DNA of 30,738 nt, from assembly GCA_045648105.1 (NCBI GenBank), contig JAZRNI010000207.1:1-30738 (forward strand), read 5' to 3'. Below are positions 16,901 to 25,473 of this stretch, piece after piece. Both the position numbers and the translations under genes were made by a program. The stretch is from Eubacteriales bacterium (GTDB lineage: Bacteria > Bacillota > Clostridia > Oscillospirales > CAG-272). Positions within the stretch are counted from its first letter, which is position 1, and each line of letters begins with the position of its first letter. The notes under the pieces were generated by a model. The model saw nothing but the letters and a program-made list of their open reading frames with translations. It was not told where the DNA came from and did no database searches.

Positions 16901-17546
16901 TGTTTTCCTCAAGCGGCTCTGAATCCTCTATTCTGTGGTATTTTGCGAGCTTGGAAAATATTTTTGCTCCTTCAAGGGCGCTTTTTGCTTTGTCGTGAAG
17001 CGAAAGAAAGCACTCGGCGAGCCCCTCGTCTCCCTTTATGCCCACAAGAGAGGCGCAAAGCTCCTCGAAATCAGACGCGCTCGCTATTTCAGGTCGCTTG
17101 CCGTCAAAGGCCTCCTCAATCATCGCGTTGATGATACCGAGTGACATTATATTTGCCTCTGCCGTGTCCGCAATGCGGTAGTTCGGCGGTATCGCGAATT
17201 TTTCGGTATTGCTCTTAAGTATATCCGCGCAAAACGAGTCTATAGTTGATATTTTTGCCGCGCCAAGCAGCACGAGCTGCCTTTTTAGCCTCTCGTTCTC
17301 TTTATCATTTGCGAGCGCCGCCTTTATTGCTCTTGTGATTTTTTCGGAAAGCTCACGCGCCGCCGCCCTCGTAAAGGTAACGATGAGCATATCGCTTATG
17401 TCCATAGGATTTTCCTCGTCCAAAAGTGAACGGATAATACGCTCGGTAAGAGTTGCGGTCTTGCCTGAGCCTGCCGCCGCGCTGACGAGCAGAGTCCTGT
17501 CCCGCGTGTTTATGGCAGATAATTGCTCGGGGGTGAAGTCAGTCAT
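13983..17546 (-). CDS. addA: ATP-dependent helicase/nuclease subunit A
   Basis: AAAGSGKT, IDEYQD, VGDVKQSIYGFR, SVHSSKGLEYP, EELRVLYVALTRA, RecB-type nuclease QGVID / IDYKT / QL..Y. ATG 17546 follows AAAGGAG. Confidence 0.93.
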   Translation of the reverse strand: MTDFTPEQLSAINTRDRTLLVSAAAGSGKTATLTERIIRSLLDEENPMDISDMLIVTFTRAAARELSEKITRAIKAALANDKENERLKRQLVLLGAAKISTIDSFCADILKSNTEKFAIPPNYRIADTAEANIMSLGIINAMIEEAFDGKRPEIASASDFEELCASLVGIKGDEGLAECFLSLHDKAKSALEGAKIFSKLAKYHRIEDSEPLEENRYVKYAIDSVKALCSHFSNAFGALGKSLTGVTASEAAVIDGIEKDIEIISHGLGVKSYADAKACLEEKLPKKCTVKAKEITEGTNLYGALRESYKKSTAKLLEKLFSFSEGQWRASAKKSERLIGILARFIEKFDEIYFEQKRRMGVLEYSDVEKLALNILYDGDKESDVALSMKEQFKAVYIDEYQDVSPIQNAIFDAISKKDNRFMVGDVKQSIYGFRSAHPEIFVDMKKSYPLLGVSEKSDTGSIFMSKNFRSDEQIIDFVNKIFDKMFCINAESIAYQKEDRLSFGKNEKCEKHTPEVHIFTSADANPALLSYPEQERDAGEGDDELDESELGPSLVTEKIRELVRSGALNSAEPIKYSDVAILFRHNDTVKKYKEFLERQGIPCEAVSNKDFFLNSDILLMLCLLNSIDNPRRDIYLTGLMCSPLFSFTPDELYKIKTGFSDSSLYGSLVKYSDATGDAKAKYFLRELYRYRSLSEGVGVDALISRLYSETGILYLSSKNKGKNNLMLLYNYAKNYEKNGYKGLYSFISYVNSIIENKERFEVAGDSDDSNAVKIASVHSSKGLEYPVVFLVETQRTSGGADKRARISYKEDFGIGFKLRDPSGIALVNNPIKNAISLYQDGKNFEEELRVLYVALTRARERLFIIGRSRDERDSFLEKAKLARLSLSPYSASLLPSFLSVISATVSLDKIFLHEESEQKTPEPVLNSEKSGEDYAEISPELLKERFDFEYKYSHQTRLPEKLSISHLYPSVLDEDEDDAPSIDEIKKEGSRRAILPRFISGKADDESAKAGIATHTFMQFCDFDALENFGAERELSRLIEKGFITEENARRVRLGEIELFRKSRLFFELRDARKLYRELRFNCQLPANEFTRDSEKRNALSDEEILLQGVIDCIIEDREGELHLIDYKTDRLTREEIDKRYLAEAKLKDAHSLQLTYYAMAIEKIFGKAPKSARIYSLVLGDDIKI

Positions 17547-17569
17547 TTTTTTCTCCTTTGTGTAGATAT

Positions 17570-18463
17570 TCAAAGCTCGAACTGCTTAAGTGGCTTTATG
17601 GCAAGTCCGTTTTCAAACTCTCTTACCTCGCCAATGGCAAAAAAGCCGTTTTCATCAAATAATTTCACACGTGTACCCACTTCAAGCTCCAAATTTATCT
17701 TTTTTAAATAAATTTCGAGTCCGTTTTTGCAAAGCCTTGCAAAAAATGCGCTCAGATTTACAGCCGCGTAGGAATCAAAAATTTCCTCAACGGGTCTCAC
17801 TAAGTCCTCGCGCTCACTCTCGGAAAGAGCCTCAAGCTCTAAAAGGGTAATGCTTTCTTCTTCACCAAAGCCCGCCGCCTCGGTTCTGTGCAGACTCTTC
17901 ATCGTAGCAAGCGCACCTGCGCTGCGTGCTATATCCACAATCAGAGTTCTGATATACGTGCCACCGGAGCAACAGACGTAAAGCTCGTACTCGTTATCGC
18001 AAATTTTCTTTGCGCTTATATCGTATACGGTGATTTTCCGTGCTTCTCTTTCTACCGTCGCGCCCTCGCGCGCAAGCTCGTAGAGCTTTCTGCCGTCTAT
18101 CTTCAAGGCGGAGTACATGGGCGGAGTTTGCATACTCTCGCCAAGAAAGGAGCTTACCGCCTTCAATATTTCACTCTCGGGTGGATAATAGCAGCTTTGC
18201 TCAATAATTTTTCCCGTAATATCCTCAGTGTCCGTGGAAATACCAAGCAGCATCCTTGCCCTGTAGTGCTTTCGCTCGCAAATCATATATTCGCTCGCCT
18301 TGACCCCGCGTTCAATCAGAATGGGCAGAACGCCCGAGGCAAGCGGGTCAAGCGTGCCCGTGTGACCTGCCTTTTTCGCGCCGAGCAGCCGCTTGACCCG
18401 AGCTACTGCCGTATGCGAGCTTATGCCGCTGTCTTTATTGATAATTATAAATCCGTTTTTCAT
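17570..18463 (-). CDS. truB: tRNA pseudouridine(55) synthase
   Basis: NGFIIINK, KAGHTGTLDPLASGVL, QTPPMYSALK.DGRKLYELAR, GTYIRTL; ATG 18463 follows GGAG. Confidence 0.95.
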   Translation of the reverse strand: MKNGFIIINKDSGISSHTAVARVKRLLGAKKAGHTGTLDPLASGVLPILIERGVKASEYMICERKHYRARMLLGISTDTEDITGKIIEQSCYYPPESEILKAVSSFLGESMQTPPMYSALKIDGRKLYELAREGATVEREARKITVYDISAKKICDNEYELYVCCSGGTYIRTLIVDIARSAGALATMKSLHRTEAAGFGEEESITLLELEALSESEREDLVRPVEEIFDSYAAVNLSAFFARLCKNGLEIYLKKINLELEVGTRVKLFDENGFFAIGEVREFENGLAIKPLKQFEL

Positions 18464-18494
18464 AAAATCTCCGAAAAAGCTCTGTTTTAAGTCC

Positions 18495-18523
18495 ATTATA
18501 GCACAAATATAATGAGTTTTCAA
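18495..18523 (-). promoter_or_regulatory. sigmaA promoter for truB-addA
   Basis: TTGAAA-17-TATAAT with TG extension on the minus strand. Confidence 0.7.
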
Positions 18524-18543
18524 CAAAAAACCGCGCTTGGCTC

Positions 18544-18572
18544 TTGTATTATTTAAAAAAGTGTGGTAATAT
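18544..18572 (+). promoter_or_regulatory. sigmaA promoter for the ACT/UPF0210 operon
   Basis: TTGTAT-17-TAATAT with TG extension. Confidence 0.55.
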
Positions 18573-18607
18573 GTATTAAAATCGAGAAAAGAAAGGAATT
18601 TTTCAAG

Positions 18608-18877
18608 ATGAAGGCAGTAGTAACCGTAACAGGTAAGGATAAGGTCGGCATTATAGCTATGGCGAGCGCGGAATGTGCGAAATACGGCGCGAATATCATA
18701 GATATCAGCCAGAGCGTTCTTAGCGAATATTTTGCAATGATAATGCTTGTCTCAATAGACACTCTTACAATCAAATTTGCGGATTTTGCAGATAGATTTT
18801 CTGCTGCAGGAAAGGAAAACGGCGTTGATATACGTGTAATGCACGAGGATATATTCAACTCTATGCACAGGATTTGA
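18608..18877 (+). CDS. ACT-domain protein (UPF0237)
   Basis: [28 protein letters not shown]-like [12 protein letters not shown] terminus; SD AAAGGA. Confidence 0.9.
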   Translation: MKAVVTVTGKDKVGIIAMASAECAKYGANIIDISQSVLSEYFAMIMLVSIDTLTIKFADFADRFSAAGKENGVDIRVMHEDIFNSMHRI

Positions 18878-18878
18878 T

Positions 18879-20237
18879 ATGCTCAATACCTACGATATTC
18901 TGGAAACTATTAAAATGATAACGGAGGAAAATCTGGATATCAGAACCGTTACGATGGGTATCTCGCTTTTTGACTGCGTATCTGACGATCCCGAAAGGCT
19001 TGAGGCTAAAATTTACGATAAAATCACAACGAGCGCAAAAAATCTCGTGTCAGTATGCGAGGAGCTGGAGCATACCTACGGAATCCCGATTGTCAACAAG
19101 AGAATATCCGTAACTCCCATATCCTACGTTGGCTCGACCCTCTCGCCGGATGGCTTCGTGCGCCTTGCAAAAATGCTCGACAGGGCGGCAAAGACGCTCG
19201 GTGTAAACTTCATTGGCGGCTATAGCGCCAACGTCCAAAAGGGAGCAATTAAGGGCGCGGTTAATCTTATAGAGTCAATTCCCGAGGCGCTTTGTGTGAC
19301 CGACAACGTTTGCTCAAGCGTCAACGTCGCAAGCACGAAGGCGGGTATCAATATGGATGCTGTGGCCAGAATGGGCGAGATAGTAAAGGAGAGCGCGCGT
19401 CTTACTGCCGACCGCGACAGCATCGGATGCGCCAAGCTCGTCGTATTTGCCAATATGCCTGAGGATAATCCGTTCATGGCAGGCGCGGTCCACGGTATGG
19501 GCGAGAGCGATACCGTCATCAACGTCGGCGTAAGCGGACCCGGCGTCGTTGCCGCCGCAATAAAAAAGGCGGGCAGATGCGATTTTTCAACTCTTGCGGA
19601 CACTATTAAGAAAATAGCGTTCAAAATAACTCGAGTAGGACAGCTTATTGCCTGCGAGGCGTCAAGAAGGCTTGGAGTTCCTTACGGTATAGTTGACCTC
19701 TCGCTCGCGCCCACACCCGCGCAGGGCGACTCCGTTGCCGAGATACTTGAAAATATGGGCCTTGAAATGACCGGCGCACACGGAACGACCGCAGCGCTCG
19801 CCCTGCTTAACGATGCCGTCAAAAAAGGCGGTGTTATGGCTTCAAGCCACGTGGGCGGTCTGTCGGGCGCGTTCATACCCGTCTCCGAGGACAGAGGTAT
19901 GATTGAGGCTGTTAAATGCGGAAATCTGTCAATAGAAAAGCTTGAGGCTATGACCGCGGTTTGCTCCGTGGGACTTGATATGATAGCAATACCCGGTGAT
20001 ACGAGCGCAAGCACGGTTTCGGGAATTATAGCAGACGAGATTTCAATCGGCGTCGTAAACAATAAGACTACCGCCGTCAGGGTTATACCCGTGTGCAATA
20101 AAGACGTGGGAGATACCGTTGAGTTTGGCGGACTGCTCGGCTATGCTCCGATTATCCCCGTGCGTAAAAGCTCGTCGCTTGAATTTATCAGCAGAGGCGG
20201 CAGAATCCCCGCGCCTATTCATTCGCTGAAAAACTGA
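18879..20237 (+). CDS. UPF0210 / DUF711 (PFL-like) family protein
   Basis: [77 protein letters not shown]. Confidence 0.93.
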   Translation: MLNTYDILETIKMITEENLDIRTVTMGISLFDCVSDDPERLEAKIYDKITTSAKNLVSVCEELEHTYGIPIVNKRISVTPISYVGSTLSPDGFVRLAKMLDRAAKTLGVNFIGGYSANVQKGAIKGAVNLIESIPEALCVTDNVCSSVNVASTKAGINMDAVARMGEIVKESARLTADRDSIGCAKLVVFANMPEDNPFMAGAVHGMGESDTVINVGVSGPGVVAAAIKKAGRCDFSTLADTIKKIAFKITRVGQLIACEASRRLGVPYGIVDLSLAPTPAQGDSVAEILENMGLEMTGAHGTTAALALLNDAVKKGGVMASSHVGGLSGAFIPVSEDRGMIEAVKCGNLSIEKLEAMTAVCSVGLDMIAIPGDTSASTVSGIIADEISIGVVNNKTTAVRVIPVCNKDVGDTVEFGGLLGYAPIIPVRKSSSLEFISRGGRIPAPIHSLKN

Positions 20238-20298
20238 AAATATACCAAAGGGTGCGTAAAAATATCGCAAATTATCCGTCCTTGGCACCCGTCCTTCC

Positions 20299-20345
20299 AA
20301 AATACGCTCAGATGCGATAAAAGCTGAGCGTATTTTTCTTTTTTT
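20299..20345 (+). terminator. Intrinsic terminator after UPF0210 gene
   Basis: AAAATACGCTCAG-12-CTGAGCGTATTTT perfect 13-bp stem followed by T run. Confidence 0.8.
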
Positions 20346-20366
20346 GTCCGTTAATTTTACACGCCC

Positions 20367-20400
20367 CACGACAAAAACCGCTAAATATGCTTGATATAAT
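20367..20400 (+). promoter_or_regulatory. Putative Spo0A-dependent sigmaA promoter of spoIIE
   Basis: TGATATAAT extended -10 with CACGACA (5/7 to TTCGACA) 21 bp upstream. Confidence 0.4.
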
Positions 20401-20433
20401 GGTGATAATCAATCAAAAAAGAGGAATTGAAAA

Positions 20434-22839
20434 ATGGACAGAAATAAAGAAAACGCACCCGGCTTTTTCTCGGGTGTCAAAGAAGCGTTTAACAGAGAAG
20501 CCTTAAAAAGACGCGGAAACGGCACCTTGCTTTTTGGCGATATTCTCGTTTTTGCTCTGGCATTCGTATTCGCGCGGTGTCACTTCGTGTTCGGTGCATA
20601 TCCGCTCGCTATCGCATTTATATCGGTGCTTAAGAACGGAGTCTGGCTTGCCGTTTTCGGTGCCGTTTGCGGCTCCTTTTCGCTTGGCAGAGTCGGAGCA
20701 ATCTATGCCGTAATAGGCCTTGTAACGCTCTTTTTACGCATCATAGTATCGGGCGGCTCGCACGGAGAGAAAAAGCTTTTTTCCGAGAGCCTTCCGCTGA
20801 AAATAGCCTCTGCCGGTGTCGGAGCGCTCGTGGGCGGCGTTTATCAGATACTTCTGAACGGATTTAGCGCCGAGTCGTTGCTCTTTGCGCTTTTCGGCAT
20901 ATCCCTTACGTCGGGATTCGTCTTTCTTTTTTCGGGCATATATCTTCTCGACATCGGAATTAAGGACGTGCTCTTTGCAAAAAAGACGATTTTTATGCGT
21001 AAGAGCTTTGCCAGCGACAAGGAAAAATTCGACCTTATTCTGTATACAGGCTCGCTTTTGGTGTTCGTGTATGCCGTCGGTATGTCGCTTGTCGATTATG
21101 ATTTTCTGGGTATATCCGCTACGTACTTATATTCGGCAGTTCTGACCCTGTTTACCGCTAAGCGCTTCGGAACGGCACGGGCAATCGCGGTAGGATTTCT
21201 TTCCGCCCTGTCAAAGAGCGGAATCTACGCGGTCTCATTCGCGTTTGCGGGACTTGGCGCGGGGGTATTTTTCTCCTTCGGGGTCCCCTACGCCATTATA
21301 GCTGCCGCCTCCCTTCTTTCCGTGTACGGCTATTACGTCGGGGGCGTTGAGGGAATAGTATCAACAGCTCCCGAGTTTGTCCTCTCATCACTTTTGTTTT
21401 TGCCTGCCAACCGTTATCTTTCAAAGGAAAGAGAGGAGGAAAACGGAAATCGAGACAGCAAGTCGAGCGAAAGGATGGTCAATATCGCTTCGCTGAGCTA
21501 TAAAAACAAGGGCGCCAGAGCGTCCGTTGACGTCGCGCTGTCCTCAATAAAATCCATGGCAAGGGTGCTTTCCGACGGAGGCAGGGGCGAGGGCGAGGTA
21601 AGCTACGAGGAGTACCGTGACTCGGTTGTAAAGGACGTGCGCGAGCATTGCCTTTCGTGCCCATCCTTTGACGCTTGCTCAGCGGAAAGCCCCGCCCCGT
21701 GTGCTGAAAATATTGATTTAATAGCAGAAAAGCTCTCAAAAAAGGAAAGACTTTTTATAGACGATATTAACCTTTTCCCAAAGTATTGCGCTCACAGAGA
21801 GGCGCTTTACGATAAGGTAATCAATAGCGCGCAGAGTCTGGAAAGCGCAGCGAAGAAAAACCGCCGTATGTCTATACGCTCCAAGGACTACGAGCTTATA
21901 TACAGGGCGCTTTCCGAAAACCTTAAGGCAAGTGATGCAGAGCTTGGGTTAAACAGCCGTCAAAGCGATGAGATAAGAGCTCTTCTTGAGGATGCGGGCA
22001 TAGGTGAGGCGAGCGCGAAAATTTTTGGCACGAGACGCCGTCATATAATAACGGCAGGCATCGACGAGGGCGGCAAAATCTCAACCTCAAGGGAGCTCAA
22101 GGAAGCTATTGAAAAAAAGCTTTCGGCGAAAATCACCGATGGCGAATTTTACAGGAAGGATAATTATATTCTTTGCGAATTTGACGAGCTTGAGAGACTT
22201 GAATGCTCTGTTGCGGTTTCCTCATCCGCTAAGTCAAGCGAGATTGTAAACGGAGACAGCATCGTGTCCTTTAGGGGCGAGGACGGAAGGTTTTACGCCC
22301 TGCTTTCGGACGGAGAGGGCAGCGGTGATGAGGCGCGCGAGGTCTCCGCTTTTGCCTGCGACTACCTGTCGCGTATGCTTAAGAGCTCCGTGTCCAAAAG
22401 CACCGCTATATCGTCCCTAAATCATATTCTCAAGAACAGAGAAAGGGAAAGGAGCGTTACACTCGACCTTTTCGAGCTCGATTTATACACGGGTGAGGGG
22501 GTATTCTACAAATGCGGTGCCGCCTCGTCCTATATAAAGCGTGAGGATTCAATCTTCAAGGTTCGCTCTCAGAGCGCGCCGATAGGTCTTATGTCTATGA
22601 TAGACGCGGAAAGCATACGCGTAGATGCAAGACGCGGTGACTGCGTCATACTGCTATCCGACGGCGTATTGCCCGAAAACGAGGACAGCACTTGGTTTTT
22701 GGAGCTCGTCAACTCTAAAAGAGTCGGGGATATCAAGGAGTATGCCGATATGCTCCTCGAAAGCGCAAGAGGCCGTACCAGGACTAATGACGATATGAGT
22801 ATTGCGATAATCAAAATAAACGAAAAACAGTTTTCTTAA
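20434..22839 (+). CDS. spoIIE: Stage II sporulation protein E (membrane-bound PP2C phosphatase)
   Basis: N-terminal multi-TM domain, central CxxC cluster, PP2C motifs NGDS, LSDGEGSG, TLDL, LSDGV, NDDMS; SD GAGG. Confidence 0.85.
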   Translation: MDRNKENAPGFFSGVKEAFNREALKRRGNGTLLFGDILVFALAFVFARCHFVFGAYPLAIAFISVLKNGVWLAVFGAVCGSFSLGRVGAIYAVIGLVTLFLRIIVSGGSHGEKKLFSESLPLKIASAGVGALVGGVYQILLNGFSAESLLFALFGISLTSGFVFLFSGIYLLDIGIKDVLFAKKTIFMRKSFASDKEKFDLILYTGSLLVFVYAVGMSLVDYDFLGISATYLYSAVLTLFTAKRFGTARAIAVGFLSALSKSGIYAVSFAFAGLGAGVFFSFGVPYAIIAAASLLSVYGYYVGGVEGIVSTAPEFVLSSLLFLPANRYLSKEREEENGNRDSKSSERMVNIASLSYKNKGARASVDVALSSIKSMARVLSDGGRGEGEVSYEEYRDSVVKDVREHCLSCPSFDACSAESPAPCAENIDLIAEKLSKKERLFIDDINLFPKYCAHREALYDKVINSAQSLESAAKKNRRMSIRSKDYELIYRALSENLKASDAELGLNSRQSDEIRALLEDAGIGEASAKIFGTRRRHIITAGIDEGGKISTSRELKEAIEKKLSAKITDGEFYRKDNYILCEFDELERLECSVAVSSSAKSSEIVNGDSIVSFRGEDGRFYALLSDGEGSGDEAREVSAFACDYLSRMLKSSVSKSTAISSLNHILKNRERERSVTLDLFELDLYTGEGVFYKCGAASSYIKREDSIFKVRSQSAPIGLMSMIDAESIRVDARRGDCVILLSDGVLPENEDSTWFLELVNSKRVGDIKEYADMLLESARGRTRTNDDMSIAIIKINEKQFS

Positions 22840-22858
22840 ATGCCCTTGCCGCGCTCGG

Positions 22859-22887
22859 TTGACTTTTTTCCCGTTTTGTGCTAACAT
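22859..22887 (+). promoter_or_regulatory. sigmaA promoter for PAP2 gene
   Basis: TTGACT-17-TAACAT with TG extension. Confidence 0.5.
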
Positions 22888-22924
22888 ATACGTATAAAAT
22901 CACAGAAGTTAAACGGAAAAGCAT

Positions 22925-23404
22925 ATGGAAAAATTACTTGAAAAAATATATCGCTCAAAAAACAGCGTTACCTTCCTTCAGACGGTCTCGTACATATCCG
23001 TCGCGCTCGGAGCGCTCGGATTTCTTGCGGTGCTTTACCTGTCATATGAAAAATCGCTCCTTGAGGCTGTGAAGGTGCTCGTAATGCACGCCGTTCCGTT
23101 TGCCGTTGTAAGCGTGTTCAGACATTTCTTTAACGCAAAGCGGCCGTACGAGGTTTACTCGTTTTACGATGCAAGACCGAAGGACAAATGCGGAAAATCC
23201 TTCCCCTCGCGCCACGTTTTTTCCGCGTTCATTATAGCTACGTTCGCGCTCCGTTACTCCCTTTTGATGGGTATACTCCTTTTGGCGCTTGGCTTCTTGC
23301 TTGCACTGGCAAGGGTTTTGCTCGGTATCCACTTCGTGCGCGACTGCGTTGCCGGCGCGCTCATCGGAATAGCGTCAGCAGTTATAGGTATTCTTGTTTT
23401 GTAA
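22925..23404 (+). CDS. PAP2-family membrane lipid phosphatase
   Basis: R....KRPY, SFPSRH, ARVLLGIHF.RD motifs; hydrophobic helices. Confidence 0.88.
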   Translation: MEKLLEKIYRSKNSVTFLQTVSYISVALGALGFLAVLYLSYEKSLLEAVKVLVMHAVPFAVVSVFRHFFNAKRPYEVYSFYDARPKDKCGKSFPSRHVFSAFIIATFALRYSLLMGILLLALGFLLALARVLLGIHFVRDCVAGALIGIASAVIGILVL

Positions 23405-23451
23405 GGCTAATGTTGCCCTTTGGGCAAAGCGGACAAGTCCCGCTAACGGAA

Positions 23452-23504
23452 AGCGAGAGCAAATCGGTTGCGCTGTAAACCGATTTGCTCTCGCTCTCTT
23501 TTTT
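23452..23504. terminator. 18-bp perfect hairpin terminator between convergent PAP2 and GT8-LPLAT genes
   Basis: AGCGAGAGCAAATCGGTT-8-AACCGATTTGCTCTCGCT followed by CTCTTTTTT. Confidence 0.8.
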
Positions 23505-23623
23505 GTAATATAGGCTTGGCTTTAGCCCATAATGCTTTTCATAGGCTAAATGAGATGAATCTCATTAAATCAATTTTCAAATTCTTTGATAAGAGGGTCG
23601 CCCGTTCTCAAGGAAGATGCATT

Positions 23624-25393
23624 TTATGCCGGACTGCCATTCTCATCACAGCTGTAAATTAACGGAATACCGTAAAAGCTCTCGTAAATTTTTTTGCAGT
23701 ATTCGTAGTTTTTGTTCATCAAATCAAGTGAGCGCTTGCCTCTTGGCAAGGACTCGTCGGGGTATATCGGCTCGCCGACGAAGGGCTTGTAAATTTGAAC
23801 GGGATAGCCGTCCTCGCCGATAACGTCGCTGTCCTTCATAGTAATAAAGCAGGGAACGATGGGAACGTTGTTGCGAACTGCGATATCAAAGCCGCCGCTC
23901 TTGTGCGGCTTCGGTTTTCTGTAATTGTACCACATGCTTTGCTCGGGATAAACGAGGACGCAGTTGCCCGTGCTGAGCGCCGTGTCCGCGGCCTTTAAAA
24001 ACATATGCAGAGTTTCTTTGTTCGAGCTTAAGGGAAGGGTGTTGCAGTTGCGCATAAGAAAGCCGTAAAAGCCGGGGAAAGAGGTGTAGTTGCCCTCGCG
24101 TATGACTCGGAACATTCTGCCGTAGTGCCCCGACGCATCAAAGACGTATTGCATAACGAAGCTGTCAAATGCGTTGAAGTGATTGCAGGTGATAATTGCG
24201 TTTTCGCATTTGCCGATATTCTCCGCGCCCACGATTTCATCAATAAATATTTCCCGGTTTTTTATAGCCTTTTTGAAAAAGCGTCTTGCCAGAAAAAACG
24301 CAAAACGGCGCTTTGCGGAGGCGACTATGCCGCGGTTGAGATAATTTACGTTGTCGGGAGTGAGGGGCAGCGTAGGCGGGTCGTCCTCAACGTCCTTATC
24401 GAAAATCCCCTCTCTTTCAAGCGCGTCTATTTTTTCAAGCACGCGCACCCTGTCCGCGCTTCTGCTCTTGTTCAAGCGATTAAGATAGTTATCCTCTCTG
24501 TTGATTTCTCTTGTGGCAAGCTCAACGAGCGCCTCTTGCGACACTCTGTCGCGCTCGCGCATTTCATCCGTGTAGGACTCCAGCTCGCAAATTATTTTCT
24601 CCCTCACGCTCGTCTTGTCAGCATAGCTCCAGAAGATATCGGAGTGCCTTGTGTCCCTGTACTTCCACGGCTTGTTTGTCATTATGTAATGTATGATCCC
24701 GGCCTCGCTTATCGGGTACGGGATTTCACCGTAAACCTCGGTGTTCCAGCGCTGGTCAAGCCATAAAACCTTGTCCTTGCAGAGTACGTTAAGATAGTCC
24801 TGGTCCTGCGTTACGACAAAGTCGTACTCAGAGAGCAGACTTATAAAGCGGCTGAGCATATTCTTCTCTCTGAAAAGGCGACAGTTTAAAAGAAGCACGC
24901 CTGCGTTGAAATACTCGTGTCTGCTGTTTCCAAGCACCGCCTCGCAGTAATCCCCGAACACATTTGTTTGAATCATTGCCTGCTCGTGACAGGCTCCGAC
25001 TAAAAATTCACCTAAATCGGTTTTATAAAGCTCGCTTATATCTCCGTTTACCACGGTATCGCTGTCAATATAAATAGCCTTGTCTATGTCCTTGAACATA
25101 TCTGCTATGAAAAGTCTGAAATACGTCGTTTTCGAGTAGTAATCCCTGAGCGGAAGATTGGATACCGAGGCCAAATACTCACTCACGTCGTTAAACTCGA
25201 TTTTAAAGCTATCGTTCTGCAGTGCTAAAAGAGAGCTTTTTTCATCCTCGGATACGTGGGTGTAAAGCACGTGAACGTTGTATTTATACTCCTTGCTTGC
25301 GTTTTCCATAATTGAAACAAGCGATACGACAGTGTACTTAATAAATGCATCGTCACATGCATAAAAAATTTCTACCGTTTTGTTGTCACTCAT
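23624..25393 (-). CDS. Fusion: glycosyltransferase family 8 (N-terminal) plus lysophospholipid acyltransferase (C-terminal)
   Basis: GT8: YACDD, YFRL, YIDSD, YFNAGVLLLN, QDQDYLN, IIHY...KPW. LPLAT: NHFNAFD (HxxxxD), VYPEQ, KSGG, VPIVP. SD GAGG. Confidence 0.88.
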   Translation of the reverse strand: MSDNKTVEIFYACDDAFIKYTVVSLVSIMENASKEYKYNVHVLYTHVSEDEKSSLLALQNDSFKIEFNDVSEYLASVSNLPLRDYYSKTTYFRLFIADMFKDIDKAIYIDSDTVVNGDISELYKTDLGEFLVGACHEQAMIQTNVFGDYCEAVLGNSRHEYFNAGVLLLNCRLFREKNMLSRFISLLSEYDFVVTQDQDYLNVLCKDKVLWLDQRWNTEVYGEIPYPISEAGIIHYIMTNKPWKYRDTRHSDIFWSYADKTSVREKIICELESYTDEMRERDRVSQEALVELATREINREDNYLNRLNKSRSADRVRVLEKIDALEREGIFDKDVEDDPPTLPLTPDNVNYLNRGIVASAKRRFAFFLARRFFKKAIKNREIFIDEIVGAENIGKCENAIITCNHFNAFDSFVMQYVFDASGHYGRMFRVIREGNYTSFPGFYGFLMRNCNTLPLSSNKETLHMFLKAADTALSTGNCVLVYPEQSMWYNYRKPKPHKSGGFDIAVRNNVPIVPCFITMKDSDVIGEDGYPVQIYKPFVGEPIYPDESLPRGKRSLDLMNKNYEYCKKIYESFYGIPLIYSCDENGSPA

Positions 25394-25443
25394 AAGTTAA
25401 CCTCACTTTCAAGTTCGCTGTCTGTCGGTCTCGACATATCCAG

Positions 25444-25473
25444 ATTATAAGATGTAAAAGCAAAGAATGTCAA
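25444..25473 (-). promoter_or_regulatory. sigmaA promoter for GT8-LPLAT, flanked by Spo0A-like boxes
   Basis: TTGACA-18-TATAAT on the minus strand; TGTCGAA at 25486-25480 and TGTCGAG at 25436-25430 on the same strand. Confidence 0.65.

Noticed and set aside
17888-18490. 200-aa + strand ORF, and similar 160-200 aa ORFs at 5536-6087 and 28752-29352
   Set aside because: Overlap truB, surE or nth/rnmV on the opposite strand with no motifs or SD.
17547-18607. Longer N-termini in the ORF track (addA 17573, truB 18526, ACT 18563; likewise rnmV 28975)
   Set aside because: Downstream ATGs have proper SD spacing and match family N-termini; the upstream starts overlap neighbours or promoters.
23555-23662. 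35-aa amphipathic-looking peptide MNLIKSIFKFFDKR... on the + strand
   Set aside because: No convincing SD or promoter, lies downstream of a strong terminator and overlaps the 3' end of the GT8-LPLAT gene.
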